Of a stretch of DNA of 45,642 bases, positions 16,157 to 23,577 are shown in pieces. Position 1 is the stretch's first letter, and each line of letters opens with the position of its first letter. Made by a program: the position numbers and the translations under genes. Source of the stretch: a virus. The notes below the pieces were generated by a model. It did not search any database. It saw nothing but the letters and a program-made list of their open reading frames with translations, and was not told where the DNA came from. The stretch is from the IMG/VR virus record IMGVR_UViG_3300045391_001310, positions 1 to 45,642 of that record. The stretch is one strand, 5' to 3'.

Positions 16157-16200
16157 ATCATTCCTTTGCTATTAGTTAGGGTATCTTGCAGTTGGTCTGC
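16154..16200 (-). repeat. Copy A of a ~45-nt repeated cassette (hairpin GCAGACCAACTGC, then an AAAGGAA Shine-Dalgarno, then the ATG of a tiny TM peptide)
   Basis: It aligns with 18179-18222. Shared blocks are CATATCATT(T)CCTTT, TAGG, and the exact 13-mer GCAGTTGGTCTGC (16188-16200 and 18210-18222). Confidence 0.6.
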
Positions 16201-16493
16201 TTAAAACTATTTAAATAATTCATATAGTGCCTGTTACACATATTCTTGGCGTGAACTCTTCTACCACAATCTTTAACCCAACAGATTTTAATTGGATAAT
16301 GTGTTCTTGAGTGATGTTTACGGCAAAGCCATATAATTTCTAGTGGATAAGCATAGTCTAAATGATGGCGTTCTCCTGCAAGACCACAACCAGTAACGGA
16401 ACATTTCTGAGCTTCGGGGTAATAATACTGAGCCATATTCTGTGCTTTTACCTTATCCCTATTTAAATCTTTATATTTTTTATGTTTATCCAC
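16176..16493 (-). CDS. HNH endonuclease
   Basis: The motifs are CSVTGCG...ERHHLDY..PLEIIWLCRKHHSRTH plus a second Cys/His cluster. The start is GTG in the track, so the exact start is uncertain. Confidence 0.7.
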   Translation of the reverse strand: MDKHKKYKDLNRDKVKAQNMAQYYYPEAQKCSVTGCGLAGERHHLDYAYPLEIIWLCRKHHSRTHYPIKICWVKDCGRRVHAKNMCNRHYMNYLNSFKQTNCKIP

Positions 16494-16644
16494 GCCAAAT
16501 ATATCCTATGAGTTAAGTTTTAAATATTCCCGTCACGGATTATCCTTTCACTATGTCTTTGACCACCCTGTACACGGGTGCATAGGAATAGACGAGAGGC
16601 GGATTATTTATAAACTATACATATTTTATTATTCAAATATAGTT

Positions 16645-17118
16645 TTATGGTTTTTCTTTACTTTCAGGATAACAAATTAAACATTCGTTTGAACAAATAC
16701 TTGACCCGTTTTCAAAAGTTATTGGCTTATGTTTTATCTTTTCCGTCCCGAATCGCTGGCTCAATGCTTTAATAATCTCTTCTGCATATATTTTAGGTTC
16801 AGGTAATAATGATTCTTGGTTTGGTAAATGACAATGCTCATTAACAAATTCCCATATTAATTCTATGCTTTCCCACAATTCTTTTTTATTATCTGACCAC
16901 ATTTTTCTTTCTTCCAACCTCTCCAACTGCTCTGTAGGCTGGCAATTACAATCTTTTATAGCCTTTAATCCTTCAAATAACCATTGTGTTATAGCTGGCG
17001 GTAAATCTGCATTAACAACAACTCTCCAATGTGCTTCTGTCATTATCGGAGACCACTTAGAATAATGTGCTTTGCAAGAACAACAACCCTTTAACTCAAC
17101 CTCTTTTTCCTTATCCAT
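16645..17118 (-). CDS. Cys-rich hypothetical protein (157 aa)
   Basis: An ATG-initiated ORF with several CxC/CxxC clusters. Confidence 0.55.
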   Translation of the reverse strand: MDKEKEVELKGCCSCKAHYSKWSPIMTEAHWRVVVNADLPPAITQWLFEGLKAIKDCNCQPTEQLERLEERKMWSDNKKELWESIELIWEFVNEHCHLPNQESLLPEPKIYAEEIIKALSQRFGTEKIKHKPITFENGSSICSNECLICYPESKEKP

Positions 17119-17269
17119 TATTTGGCCTCTTCTTTCCGCAGATGGGGCAGTATTTCCATAAACTTGGTATAATTAGTTTAGAAATAATAATTTCATACCT
17201 ATGTAATCCTAACCAAAAAGTAGCGTCATTTCTCCATTTTATATGTTCACACCAATTCTTATTTTTCAT
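17111..17269 (-). CDS. Small protein with a C-terminal CxxC (52 aa)
   Basis: The ATG at 17269 is preceded by GAGGAA. The longer track version (to 17341) overlaps the better-supported peptide 17281..17379. Confidence 0.4.
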   Translation of the reverse strand: MKNKNWCEHIKWRNDATFWLGLHRYEIIISKLIIPSLWKYCPICGKKRPNNG

Positions 17270-17280
17270 TTGGGCGTTCC

Positions 17281-17379
17281 TCACGTTCCAAATATTAATA
17301 TTTTTAATGTTAGCCAAATAAATAATCCAAATAAACAACATAAATAACCTTGAACGAAACCCTTACAATATTCACTCAT
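17281..17379 (-). CDS. Tiny hydrophobic peptide (32 aa)
   Basis: Sequence MSEYCKGFVQGYLCCLFGLFIWLTLKILIFGT, preceded by a very strong Shine-Dalgarno, GGAGGGAGGAGAGGGA. Confidence 0.4.
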   Translation of the reverse strand: MSEYCKGFVQGYLCCLFGLFIWLTLKILIFGT

Positions 17380-17482
17380 TCCCTCTCCTCCCTACCTATT
17401 AGACCCAAACTTTAGCCACTTCGCCTGTTTAGTCATTAGAAACCCATTAATTTAACAATTAAATATCCTATAATTATGCCTA

Positions 17483-17827
17483 TTAGACCACCAAATAATC
17501 CACTTCTCCAGCCCATAAACCAGCATAAACTACTCTTGTATTTTGGCACTGCTCTTTTCTTGTAGCCCAACGACAATTTTCTTTGGAATAATTACCTTCG
17601 TTATCAATACGTTCCAATGTTGTCTGAGGATTGTGTTTTTTGTGTTCTAAATAACTTTCGTGCATATCCTGTTTAAATTCATTAAAATTAGACCACAAAC
17701 ATTTAATACCTCTTCCGCCGTAATTATGAAATGATTTGCTTTTAGGATTATTGCATCTTTGAAGAATTCCTCTCCATAAGATATAAAACTTAGTCTTGTT
17801 CATTCCATGTTTTAAATATTTTTTCAT
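17483..17827 (-). CDS. Homing-endonuclease-associated DNA-binding protein (the YxxWxxMxxRC...YGGRGI...RIDNxGNYxxxNCRWAT family)
   Basis: The motifs are [38 protein letters not shown]...[23 protein letters not shown]. This is a pattern common in phage HNH/AP2-like genes. Confidence 0.65.
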   Translation of the reverse strand: MKKYLKHGMNKTKFYILWRGILQRCNNPKSKSFHNYGGRGIKCLWSNFNEFKQDMHESYLEHKKHNPQTTLERIDNEGNYSKENCRWATRKEQCQNTRVVYAGLWAGEVDYLVV

Positions 17828-18108
17828 TACATATCCTCTATTGCTTTAATGCAATCACTCTTTTTGACGTAGCCAAGTTTTTCAGCCAATTTAACAGAAT
17901 CTTTCCACGTTGACTGGTCTATCCATCCCTCTTCTTTGTAATGCTCTTCGGCTATCTTGGCTAAGTCATCCCAATTCTGAATTTCTAATGTATAGTTAGA
18001 ACCGTTAAAACATTGTGTTTTAGTATAATCCAACTTAGCATTGATTTTTAATTTCTCTGCCAAACTCTTCTTCTTTACTTCTTGTCCGCACTTTTCGCAG
18101 TTAGTCAT
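17827..18108 (-). CDS. Hypothetical protein (93 aa, N-terminal CxxC)
   Basis: ATG with a GGAGA Shine-Dalgarno, and a TAATG overlap downstream. Confidence 0.55.
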   Translation of the reverse strand: MTNCEKCGQEVKKKSLAEKLKINAKLDYTKTQCFNGSNYTLEIQNWDDLAKIAEEHYKEEGWIDQSTWKDSVKLAEKLGYVKKSDCIKAIEDM

Positions 18109-18109
18109 A

Positions 18110-18181
18110 TTATCTCCAAATAAAATAAATGATTGTTAAAATAACTGCTGTTAAGAATAATCTTGTAAATAAAAAATCCAT
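18110..18181 (-). CDS. Tiny hydrophobic peptide (23 aa)
   Basis: Sequence MDFLFTRLFLTAVILTIIYFIWR, preceded by AAAAGGAAATGAT. This is part of repeat copy B. Confidence 0.3.
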   Translation of the reverse strand: MDFLFTRLFLTAVILTIIYFIWR

Positions 18182-18222
18182 ATCATTTCCTTTTTAATTT
18201 AGGCTAGTGGCAGTTGGTCTGC
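18179..18222 (-). repeat. Copy B of the repeated hairpin/Shine-Dalgarno cassette
   Basis: See 16154-16200. Confidence 0.6.
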
Positions 18223-18337
18223 GAGTTTTACTGGTTATTAAGTTGGCATTAGTTAGGCTTATTCGAAGCTCAGCGTTCCCATCCGCACAACACCATCATA
18301 GTTTACTCAGGCTTCCAAGCCACACTAGCCTTTATAT

Positions 18338-18619
18338 CTACCTCATTAAACAACCTTCTTTATCTAATCTGTTTTCACAAATATAATTAGACAATCTATC
18401 ATTGGTTTTATAATTTTCATTTTTTAATAAGTTAATCTCTTCCCACAATTTATGGATACTTTGATCTTGCATTTTCATTTTCTCTTTAGCAAAAGAAGCA
18501 AAAGATTCCGAACCATTGTTATAACTAATAGCCAATCCCATAAATACTATTATAAAAATAACAACCATTACTCCATAAACATTGTCTTTATTTTTAAAAA
18601 ATGACCAAATTTTAATCAT
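18338..18619 (-). CDS. Single-TM membrane protein (93 aa)
   Basis: The TM segment is VYGVMVVIFIIVFMGLAISY, followed by a coiled-coil tail. Confidence 0.55.
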   Translation of the reverse strand: MIKIWSFFKNKDNVYGVMVVIFIIVFMGLAISYNNGSESFASFAKEKMKMQDQSIHKLWEEINLLKNENYKTNDRLSNYICENRLDKEGCLMR

Positions 18620-18747
18620 CTATTATAACTCCATGTTACTGGTTGATAATATATAAACATAGATTTCATCGTACTCTTCCATGGACTTTTACTTTTATTT
18701 GGGTCAGTTCTTTTTCTTGGTTTTCTAACTTTTATTGGTCTGCTCAT
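18616..18747 (-). CDS. Small basic protein (43 aa)
   Basis: Sequence MSRPIKVRKPRKRTDPNKSKSPWK... It has an ATGA overlap with the next gene. Confidence 0.35.
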   Translation of the reverse strand: MSRPIKVRKPRKRTDPNKSKSPWKSTMKSMFIYYQPVTWSYNR

Positions 18748-19171
18748 ATTCCTTTAATTTATTTTCTAGATATGCCTTAACTGCGAATAAATCTGTTTTT
18801 CCTCTAAAAGATTTTAATAATTTTAGTCTTTCAAATACATCATATCCTCTAATTGCCTTTACCTTATCTTCGTAACTATCTTTTCTTCCTTGATTATGAA
18901 ATCCGAAAAAGTGTTCTCCTGCAGTTATACATATTCCGTTTTCTAAAGAATATCTTAAAGAATAATTAGGCTTCCCAGATAAATGATGGGCGTGTAGATT
19001 TTCTGTTTTACCAGATAATTCACTTTTATACCCTGCCTTTGCTTTTATACATTTTGCCCAAAGCTTGTCTAACTCTTTTAAGGTTGGCTTTCGTGTCTGC
19101 GTAAATAATCTTAATTTTAACTTGTTTATTATTTTCCTTTTGATAATTAACTCCTCTCCAAATAGCCCTTC
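18725..19171 (-). pseudogene. NinG-like reading frame (148 codons) with no ATG/GTG/TTG; a frameshifted continuation of 19026..19310 or a recoded gene
   Basis: Hand translation gives ...RKPTLKELDKLWAKCIKAKAGYKSELSGKTENLHAHHLSGKPNYSLRYSLENGICITAGEHFFGFHNQG... The layout resembles lambda NinG as I recall it (..IRxRD...CxxCG...H......LRF...N....C..C..H). This frame is +1 relative to the upstream 94-aa ORF. Confidence 0.45.
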
Positions 19172-19310
19172 TTATCTTCATTAAAGATAATTTCATTTGA
19201 ACAAAATCTTCTATTGGCACTAAACAATGAGTTGCATAATAAACTCTGGCTTTAATTTTTATAGCTTTCCTAATTTCTTTTTTAATATTAGCCATTCTAC
19301 GTTTATTCAT
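19026..19310 (-). CDS. K/R-rich 94-aa ORF; probably the N-terminal portion of the NinG-like gene
   Basis: ATG-initiated, with an 8-nt overlap with the upstream gene. Its last ~48 codons overlap the start-less NinG-like frame. Confidence 0.45.
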   Translation of the reverse strand: MNKRRMANIKKEIRKAIKIKARVYYATHCLVPIEDFVQMKLSLMKIRRAIWRGVNYQKENNKQVKIKIIYADTKANLKRVRQALGKMYKSKGRV

Positions 19311-19713
19311 AAACTACCTCGTTCGGATTTGGTATATAACATCCTAAATCTATACTTGCAAATTCTCTGATTTGTCTTAGGTATTCTTCCATTTTATTTG
19401 TCTTTAAATCTGTCGTAGAACATACTATTTTATAAGTTAATCCTCTAACAACTAGCCATTTACTTAGAAACTTAGACTTCATTAATTCATGCATATCTTC
19501 TACAGAATACCCTGTTTCTTCTGATAATAATTTTAAAACACATCCCCAATAATATTTGTTTTGGTTGTTGCTTCTTATTTCTTTCTCTGTGGCACTTTTA
19601 ATGGTTAAAAAGTATTCCCCATCTTTTAATGTATTACAATAATCCATTAACTTATCTAAGTCGTAACTTCCGAATTTATGATTTTGTAGAGTTATTCTGA
19701 ATTTAGGTATCAT
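19303..19713 (-). CDS. NinB/Orf-like recombination mediator (putative)
   Basis: The motif ..RSNNQNKYYWGCVLKLLSEETGYSVEDMHELMK.. resembles the R-S-x-x-Q-N signature of NinB. Its context next to the NinG-like and recombination genes also fits. Confidence 0.4.
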   Translation of the reverse strand: MIPKFRITLQNHKFGSYDLDKLMDYCNTLKDGEYFLTIKSATEKEIRSNNQNKYYWGCVLKLLSEETGYSVEDMHELMKSKFLSKWLVVRGLTYKIVCSTTDLKTNKMEEYLRQIREFASIDLGCYIPNPNEVVYE

Positions 19714-19855
19714 TTTTAATATAGCTTTTTATACAATTTGTAGCTGCCCAAATTTGTCCTATGATAAAATATAGATTTGAATAATCAATATTTCCAGCAA
19801 TAGCATAAACTATTTGAAAGAACATACATATTAAAGACATAATTAATGGTATCAT
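19703..19855 (-). CDS. Small membrane protein (50 aa)
   Basis: Sequence MIPLIMSLICMFFQIVYAIAGNIDYSNLYFIIGQIWAATNCIKSYIKNDT, with ATGA overlap upstream. Confidence 0.4.
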   Translation of the reverse strand: MIPLIMSLICMFFQIVYAIAGNIDYSNLYFIIGQIWAATNCIKSYIKNDT

Positions 19856-20484
19856 CGTCTTACCCTCAAATCATCTTCGCACCATATTTTAACTCCAGGG
19901 ATAGAAGCTTTATCTTTGAAAGTATTAACTGTTTTTCTAATTAATGACTCATCTACAATTAAGAATTCTTTTGGGATTAATTTCTCATCAATTATTGAAA
20001 ATTTCCACACTTTAACCGTAGAAACTCCTTCTTGTTTTTCAGCCTTAGTTTCGATTACTGGTGTAATAACCATCTGTGATTGTTGTAACTTTTCTTCAGC
20101 TTTATCGAAATTTCCATTTTCTATAGCTTTTTGTGCTTGTTTTTCTAACTTTTCTCTTTCTTTCTGAGCCTTAGCCTCTATTTCGGCTTGTAGTTTTAAT
20201 CTTCTTTCGTTTTCTTCTTTAGTAAATTGTAAAATCTTACCTTCAATAATCACTTCGCAACGCTCAATAGGTTCTAAATGTTTCTTCTCCTCACTAATTA
20301 ATGCCTTCCAAGAAGAATGGGCTTTCTGTATATGTGGACGGAATGTTTCTTTAACATTATCTTTTAACCCTCTTAATCCACGCAATACAGCAGAAGCCTT
20401 AGCGTTATCTTCGTTATTTTTAATCGTTATCTCTGCTAAACTTTGAGCCTCTTTTATCGGTTGTTCTAATTCAGCTAATTGCAT
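19852..20484 (-). CDS. Coiled-coil protein, Gam / Gp157-like (putative host-nuclease inhibitor)
   Basis: The ATG at 20484 is preceded by AAAGGAGAG. It has a long E/K-rich helix and a pattern A..vL..L..LK..v.e.f.p....AH..wK. Confidence 0.35.
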   Translation of the reverse strand: MQLAELEQPIKEAQSLAEITIKNNEDNAKASAVLRGLRGLKDNVKETFRPHIQKAHSSWKALISEEKKHLEPIERCEVIIEGKILQFTKEENERRLKLQAEIEAKAQKEREKLEKQAQKAIENGNFDKAEEKLQQSQMVITPVIETKAEKQEGVSTVKVWKFSIIDEKLIPKEFLIVDESLIRKTVNTFKDKASIPGVKIWCEDDLRVRR

Positions 20485-20495
20485 ATTCTCTCCTT

Positions 20496-20672
20496 TTAAA
20501 TACAAAATACTTTGTTAAACATTTCAATTATCTCTAACTTTGCTTTAAAAATCTTTGGGTCTCCTTTTGGGTCTAAAGTTTCTATTGCTCTACCAACAGC
20601 TGTCAATCTATTCAAACTAGAAATAATATAACCGAGAACAAACCCAGTAATTAACGTAATTACCAAAATCAT
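20496..20672 (-). CDS. Small N-terminal-TM protein (58 aa)
   Basis: Sequence MILVITLITGFVLGYIISSLNRL..., with an ATGA overlap with the nuclease gene. Confidence 0.4.
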   Translation of the reverse strand: MILVITLITGFVLGYIISSLNRLTAVGRAIETLDPKGDPKIFKAKLEIIEMFNKVFCI

Positions 20673-21262
20673 ATTAATCCCTCGCTTTTCTTTAGGTTAT
20701 ATATACTTAACATAAATTTAAAATAATTTTCATATTTAACGTCTATCTTTTGGTCATATTCAAATACATTCTTGTTATAGTCAAATCCCTTTAAGTCTGG
20801 GATAGTAAGAATATATAATTTTCTTATTTTATTCCCATAATAAAAATCTGGTTTCCCACAAAACTTCCATAAATCTGAGAACAACTTTTCTTCCATTCCT
20901 AATCCACTATTTTTAGAAGTTTCCACTAGAACTTTATAACCAAATATTTGTAATTTATTAGATAGCTTAGGAGTTTTAAAACTTTTCAAATCGACTATGC
21001 AATTTTTTAAGTCTATTGATTCTTTAAAATCTAGCCAGTGTTGCCAAATTATGCTATGGTCTGAATTAAAATTATTTATATCTCCCAATTCTCCTAATCT
21101 AACTACCTCATGAACTACATTCCCAAAGTTTATCGCTGGTTGTAATATATGATCTGGAACCATAGAAAAATCACTAAATCCGAAATGTTCTATAATCTCG
21201 CTAACACCAGGATATGACTTTCCATTCACTTCGTATTTGTGTTTTTCGTTTAATGTTATCAT
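20669..21262 (-). CDS. PD-(D/E)XK nuclease (recombination exonuclease / Cas4-like fold)
   Basis: The motifs are H.Y..NG..YPGVSEII, GNVVHE, IVDLKS and QIFGY (D-x-K ... Q..Y). It lies directly downstream of the annealing-protein candidate. Confidence 0.6.
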   Translation of the reverse strand: MITLNEKHKYEVNGKSYPGVSEIIEHFGFSDFSMVPDHILQPAINFGNVVHEVVRLGELGDINNFNSDHSIIWQHWLDFKESIDLKNCIVDLKSFKTPKLSNKLQIFGYKVLVETSKNSGLGMEEKLFSDLWKFCGKPDFYYGNKIRKLYILTIPDLKGFDYNKNVFEYDQKIDVKYENYFKFMLSIYNLKKSEGLI

Positions 21263-22089
21263 TTGGTAATATTCTCTGATCTCATGGTTTCATAATCAGT
21301 TTTCCTGCATGAAAAGAAAGCTTCTACTGTTTCATAATCATCTGCATTTAAAGCTGTGTATTTCTTATTAGCTTTATACCCAAGACTTCTGACGTTTGCT
21401 CCGATGTCCACTTCAGTCCATCCGTTGCCTAATGCCATTTTTACTAAATCGTCCCAAACAGATTGACTTATTCTAGGAATTTCTTGGATAACTTCGGATG
21501 GCCTAACTACAGGCTCGACTTTCTTGTGTAAATCTTCACCAGGCTTAACGATCTCTGTTTGTTTTGGCGTTTCCCTTGGCATATCTAAAACAGGCTTAGA
21601 ACTTATCATATCAATGGTTTCTGCATATTTTATAGTTTCAATTTCAGTTTCATCTAACATACCAAGACCACATAGAGCTAAAACAGCCCTTCTTTTAGCT
21701 TTAGTAACTGCCTTCATCATTGCGTTTGCTAAAATATCTCCTTTTAGCCCAGATATTGTTACTGCTCCATCTTCATCAGTGTGCCTATCTTTCATTATGG
21801 CTCTTACTGTTACACAATAAACATCTTCAATCTTCTCTTTTTTGGTAACTTCTGTGCTTATATTATAAATTTTACATAGTTGTTGGGCGCATCCTTTGTC
21901 TGCATAAAGGACTTCTTTCCCATTTAATTTTAAAAGTTTAAAGGGTTGAGTGGTTGGGTCTAAACCGATTCTTTCACAAAGAGAATTATAATATTGAACT
22001 TTTTGATTCGGCGTTAACTTACTAAGATCTCCTTGTAACACTAATGATGAAATTATTTCTTCTGATAATGATGATAACTCTTTGTTCAT
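21259..22089 (-). CDS. Single-strand annealing protein candidate (Rad52/Redbeta/Erf-like)
   Basis: The ATG at 22089 is preceded by GGAGGA. The motifs are LTPNQKVQYYNSLCERIGLDPTTQPF...VLYADKG...ANAMMKAVTKAKRRAVLALCGLG. It is paired with the nuclease. Confidence 0.5.
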   Translation of the reverse strand: MNKELSSLSEEIISSLVLQGDLSKLTPNQKVQYYNSLCERIGLDPTTQPFKLLKLNGKEVLYADKGCAQQLCKIYNISTEVTKKEKIEDVYCVTVRAIMKDRHTDEDGAVTISGLKGDILANAMMKAVTKAKRRAVLALCGLGMLDETEIETIKYAETIDMISSKPVLDMPRETPKQTEIVKPGEDLHKKVEPVVRPSEVIQEIPRISQSVWDDLVKMALGNGWTEVDIGANVRSLGYKANKKYTALNADDYETVEAFFSCRKTDYETMRSENITK

Positions 22090-22586
22090 TTTTTCCTCCA
22101 ATTTCTTCCAGAACTTATATGAGATATTGTAGAAGCGCAAACATTGTAATCTTTGGCTATTTTAGAATGATTTTCTCTATTATTTAATCTTTCTCTTATT
22201 TCTTTTACTTGATTTTTTGTTAAAGAAGAATTAGGGTTTCTTTCTCCGTTTTTATTAATTTTCTTGGAAAAATTAATTAATTTTTTAATTCTCCCATCTT
22301 CAGTTAAATGGCATTTTCTACATAACCATTTCCAATCACTTATTTCTCTTTTATATTCTCCACTAATATTTGCTAGATCATAAGGTTCTTTTTTTAAACA
22401 ATTCACACACAGTTTTGATTTTAATATTCTTCTCCGCATATACTGGTGAAGCGTTGTATAATTTTTTGAATTTCTGAATTTTATAATACTGTTTCTATCA
22501 ACAACGTCTTGTCTTTTACGAATATTTGGAATGACAGGAATTATATTCGCTGGAGTTTTTATTTCGTTTAATTGTAGATCGTTCAT
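22086..22586 (-). CDS. HNH homing-type endonuclease with a C-terminal HTH
   Basis: The motifs are CVNCLKK....WKWLCRKCHLTEDGR, with a C-terminal SKIAKDYNVCASTISHISSGRNW. Confidence 0.75.
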   Translation of the reverse strand: MNDLQLNEIKTPANIIPVIPNIRKRQDVVDRNSIIKFRNSKNYTTLHQYMRRRILKSKLCVNCLKKEPYDLANISGEYKREISDWKWLCRKCHLTEDGRIKKLINFSKKINKNGERNPNSSLTKNQVKEIRERLNNRENHSKIAKDYNVCASTISHISSGRNWRKK

Positions 22587-22587
22587 A

Positions 22588-22680
22588 TTATCTCCTTATA
22601 TCTAAACCAACGGTTAAACTTATAATTACAATTATTGCCATCAACATTAAACAGAAATAAAACATAGATTTACTGTTCAT
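22588..22680 (-). CDS. Tiny hydrophobic peptide (30 aa)
   Basis: Sequence MNSKSMFYFCLMLMAIIVIISLTVGLDIRR. Its stop lies 1 nt before the HNH ATG. Confidence 0.3.
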   Translation of the reverse strand: MNSKSMFYFCLMLMAIIVIISLTVGLDIRR

Positions 22681-22870
22681 AAAAACCACCGTTTATGATT
22701 ATTCCTTCTGGCGTAAGCTGAGAGTTCTTTCTTTGTATTTCCATAAATTTATTTCTAGCTTCTATTTTCTGACTTATTTCTTTTAATTCTTGTTCTAGCT
22801 CTAGCCGTATTTTCTTAATAGCTATTGATTGCTCTAATAAATCTAAAACTTCTTGTGCTAATGGATTCAT
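22670..22870 (-). CDS. Small coiled-coil protein
   Basis: A 66-aa, E/K/L-rich protein. Confidence 0.5.
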   Translation of the reverse strand: MNPLAQEVLDLLEQSIAIKKIRLELEQELKEISQKIEARNKFMEIQRKNSQLTPEGIIINGGFYEQ

Positions 22871-22877
22871 AGGGTTC

Positions 22878-23117
22878 CTATTCTTTTATTATTAATCGAC
22901 TTCTTTTTACTTGAATTGATTGAACTGTTCTGCCCAATAACTCTGCTAGCTCCATATCTATTCCTTTAAAATTGTTTAAAATTAGTATTTCTTTGCCACT
23001 CCATGTTCTCTTACCAAAAGAGTATATTCTCGATTTTTTATAGTTCCTTTTTCTTTCCCTATTCCTTCTTCTTAACATCTTTTCTCTATTTTTATATATT
23101 TTAACGTAACTTGGCAT
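22878..23117 (-). CDS. Basic protein with a Myb/SANT-like HTH
   Basis: The motif is RTWSGKEILILNNFKGIDMELAELLGRTVQSIQVKRSRL. Confidence 0.45.
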   Translation of the reverse strand: MPSYVKIYKNREKMLRRRNRERKRNYKKSRIYSFGKRTWSGKEILILNNFKGIDMELAELLGRTVQSIQVKRSRLIIKE

Positions 23118-23374
23118 TATAAACCCCCACCCTGATCTGATGTTTTATCATCAGAGAGCCGACCAAAGCGCAGGGTAGGGATAATTAAATGGTTAATATC
23201 ACAATTTACGCAACGTCCTGTTTCGTCTTGATCGCATTTTGGTATAGAGTTTCCACAGTCTATACAAGTAACTACATTTTGTTGTTCTCTTAATAATGAA
23301 TCTGGGAAGAAATATTTGTTTTCGTTTTGGTAATAAACTTGTTGCGATTCTAAGCGTGATTTTGGGAATGTCAT
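23117..23374 (-). CDS. Zinc-binding small protein
   Basis: The motif is CIDCGNSIPKCDQDETGRCVNCD, with an AAGGAGA Shine-Dalgarno. Confidence 0.5.
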   Translation of the reverse strand: MTFPKSRLESQQVYYQNENKYFFPDSLLREQQNVVTCIDCGNSIPKCDQDETGRCVNCDINHLIIPTLRFGRLSDDKTSDQGGGL

Positions 23375-23396
23375 TGGTCGGTCTCCTTTTTTGTTG

Positions 23397-23540
23397 TTAT
23401 TTTTTTGGGTTAATTATTTTACTTTCAAAAAAATCAATTAATACCGAAAGCTGTCCTTGTATTGTTCTCTTTTGTTGTTTACAAATCTTCGTTATTCTTT
23501 CATAATCTTCGTCGGAAATTCTTATCGTTTTGCTACTCAT
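23397..23540 (-). CDS. Ribbon-helix-helix (CopG/Arc-like) regulator (47 aa), not in the ORF track
   Basis: Hand translation gives MSSKTIRISDEDYERITKICKQQKRTIQGQLSVLIDFFESKIINPKK, which has a beta-strand then two-helix pattern. Confidence 0.55.
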   Translation of the reverse strand: MSSKTIRISDEDYERITKICKQQKRTIQGQLSVLIDFFESKIINPKK

Positions 23541-23577
23541 GAGTTATCCTTTCTTTGATTTCTAAAGGATTGTAACA

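Noticed and set aside
18255-18275. TTCGAA string that looks like a tRNA T-loop.
   Set aside because: The flanking bases do not form a 5-bp T-stem, and no cloverleaf can be drawn on either strand.
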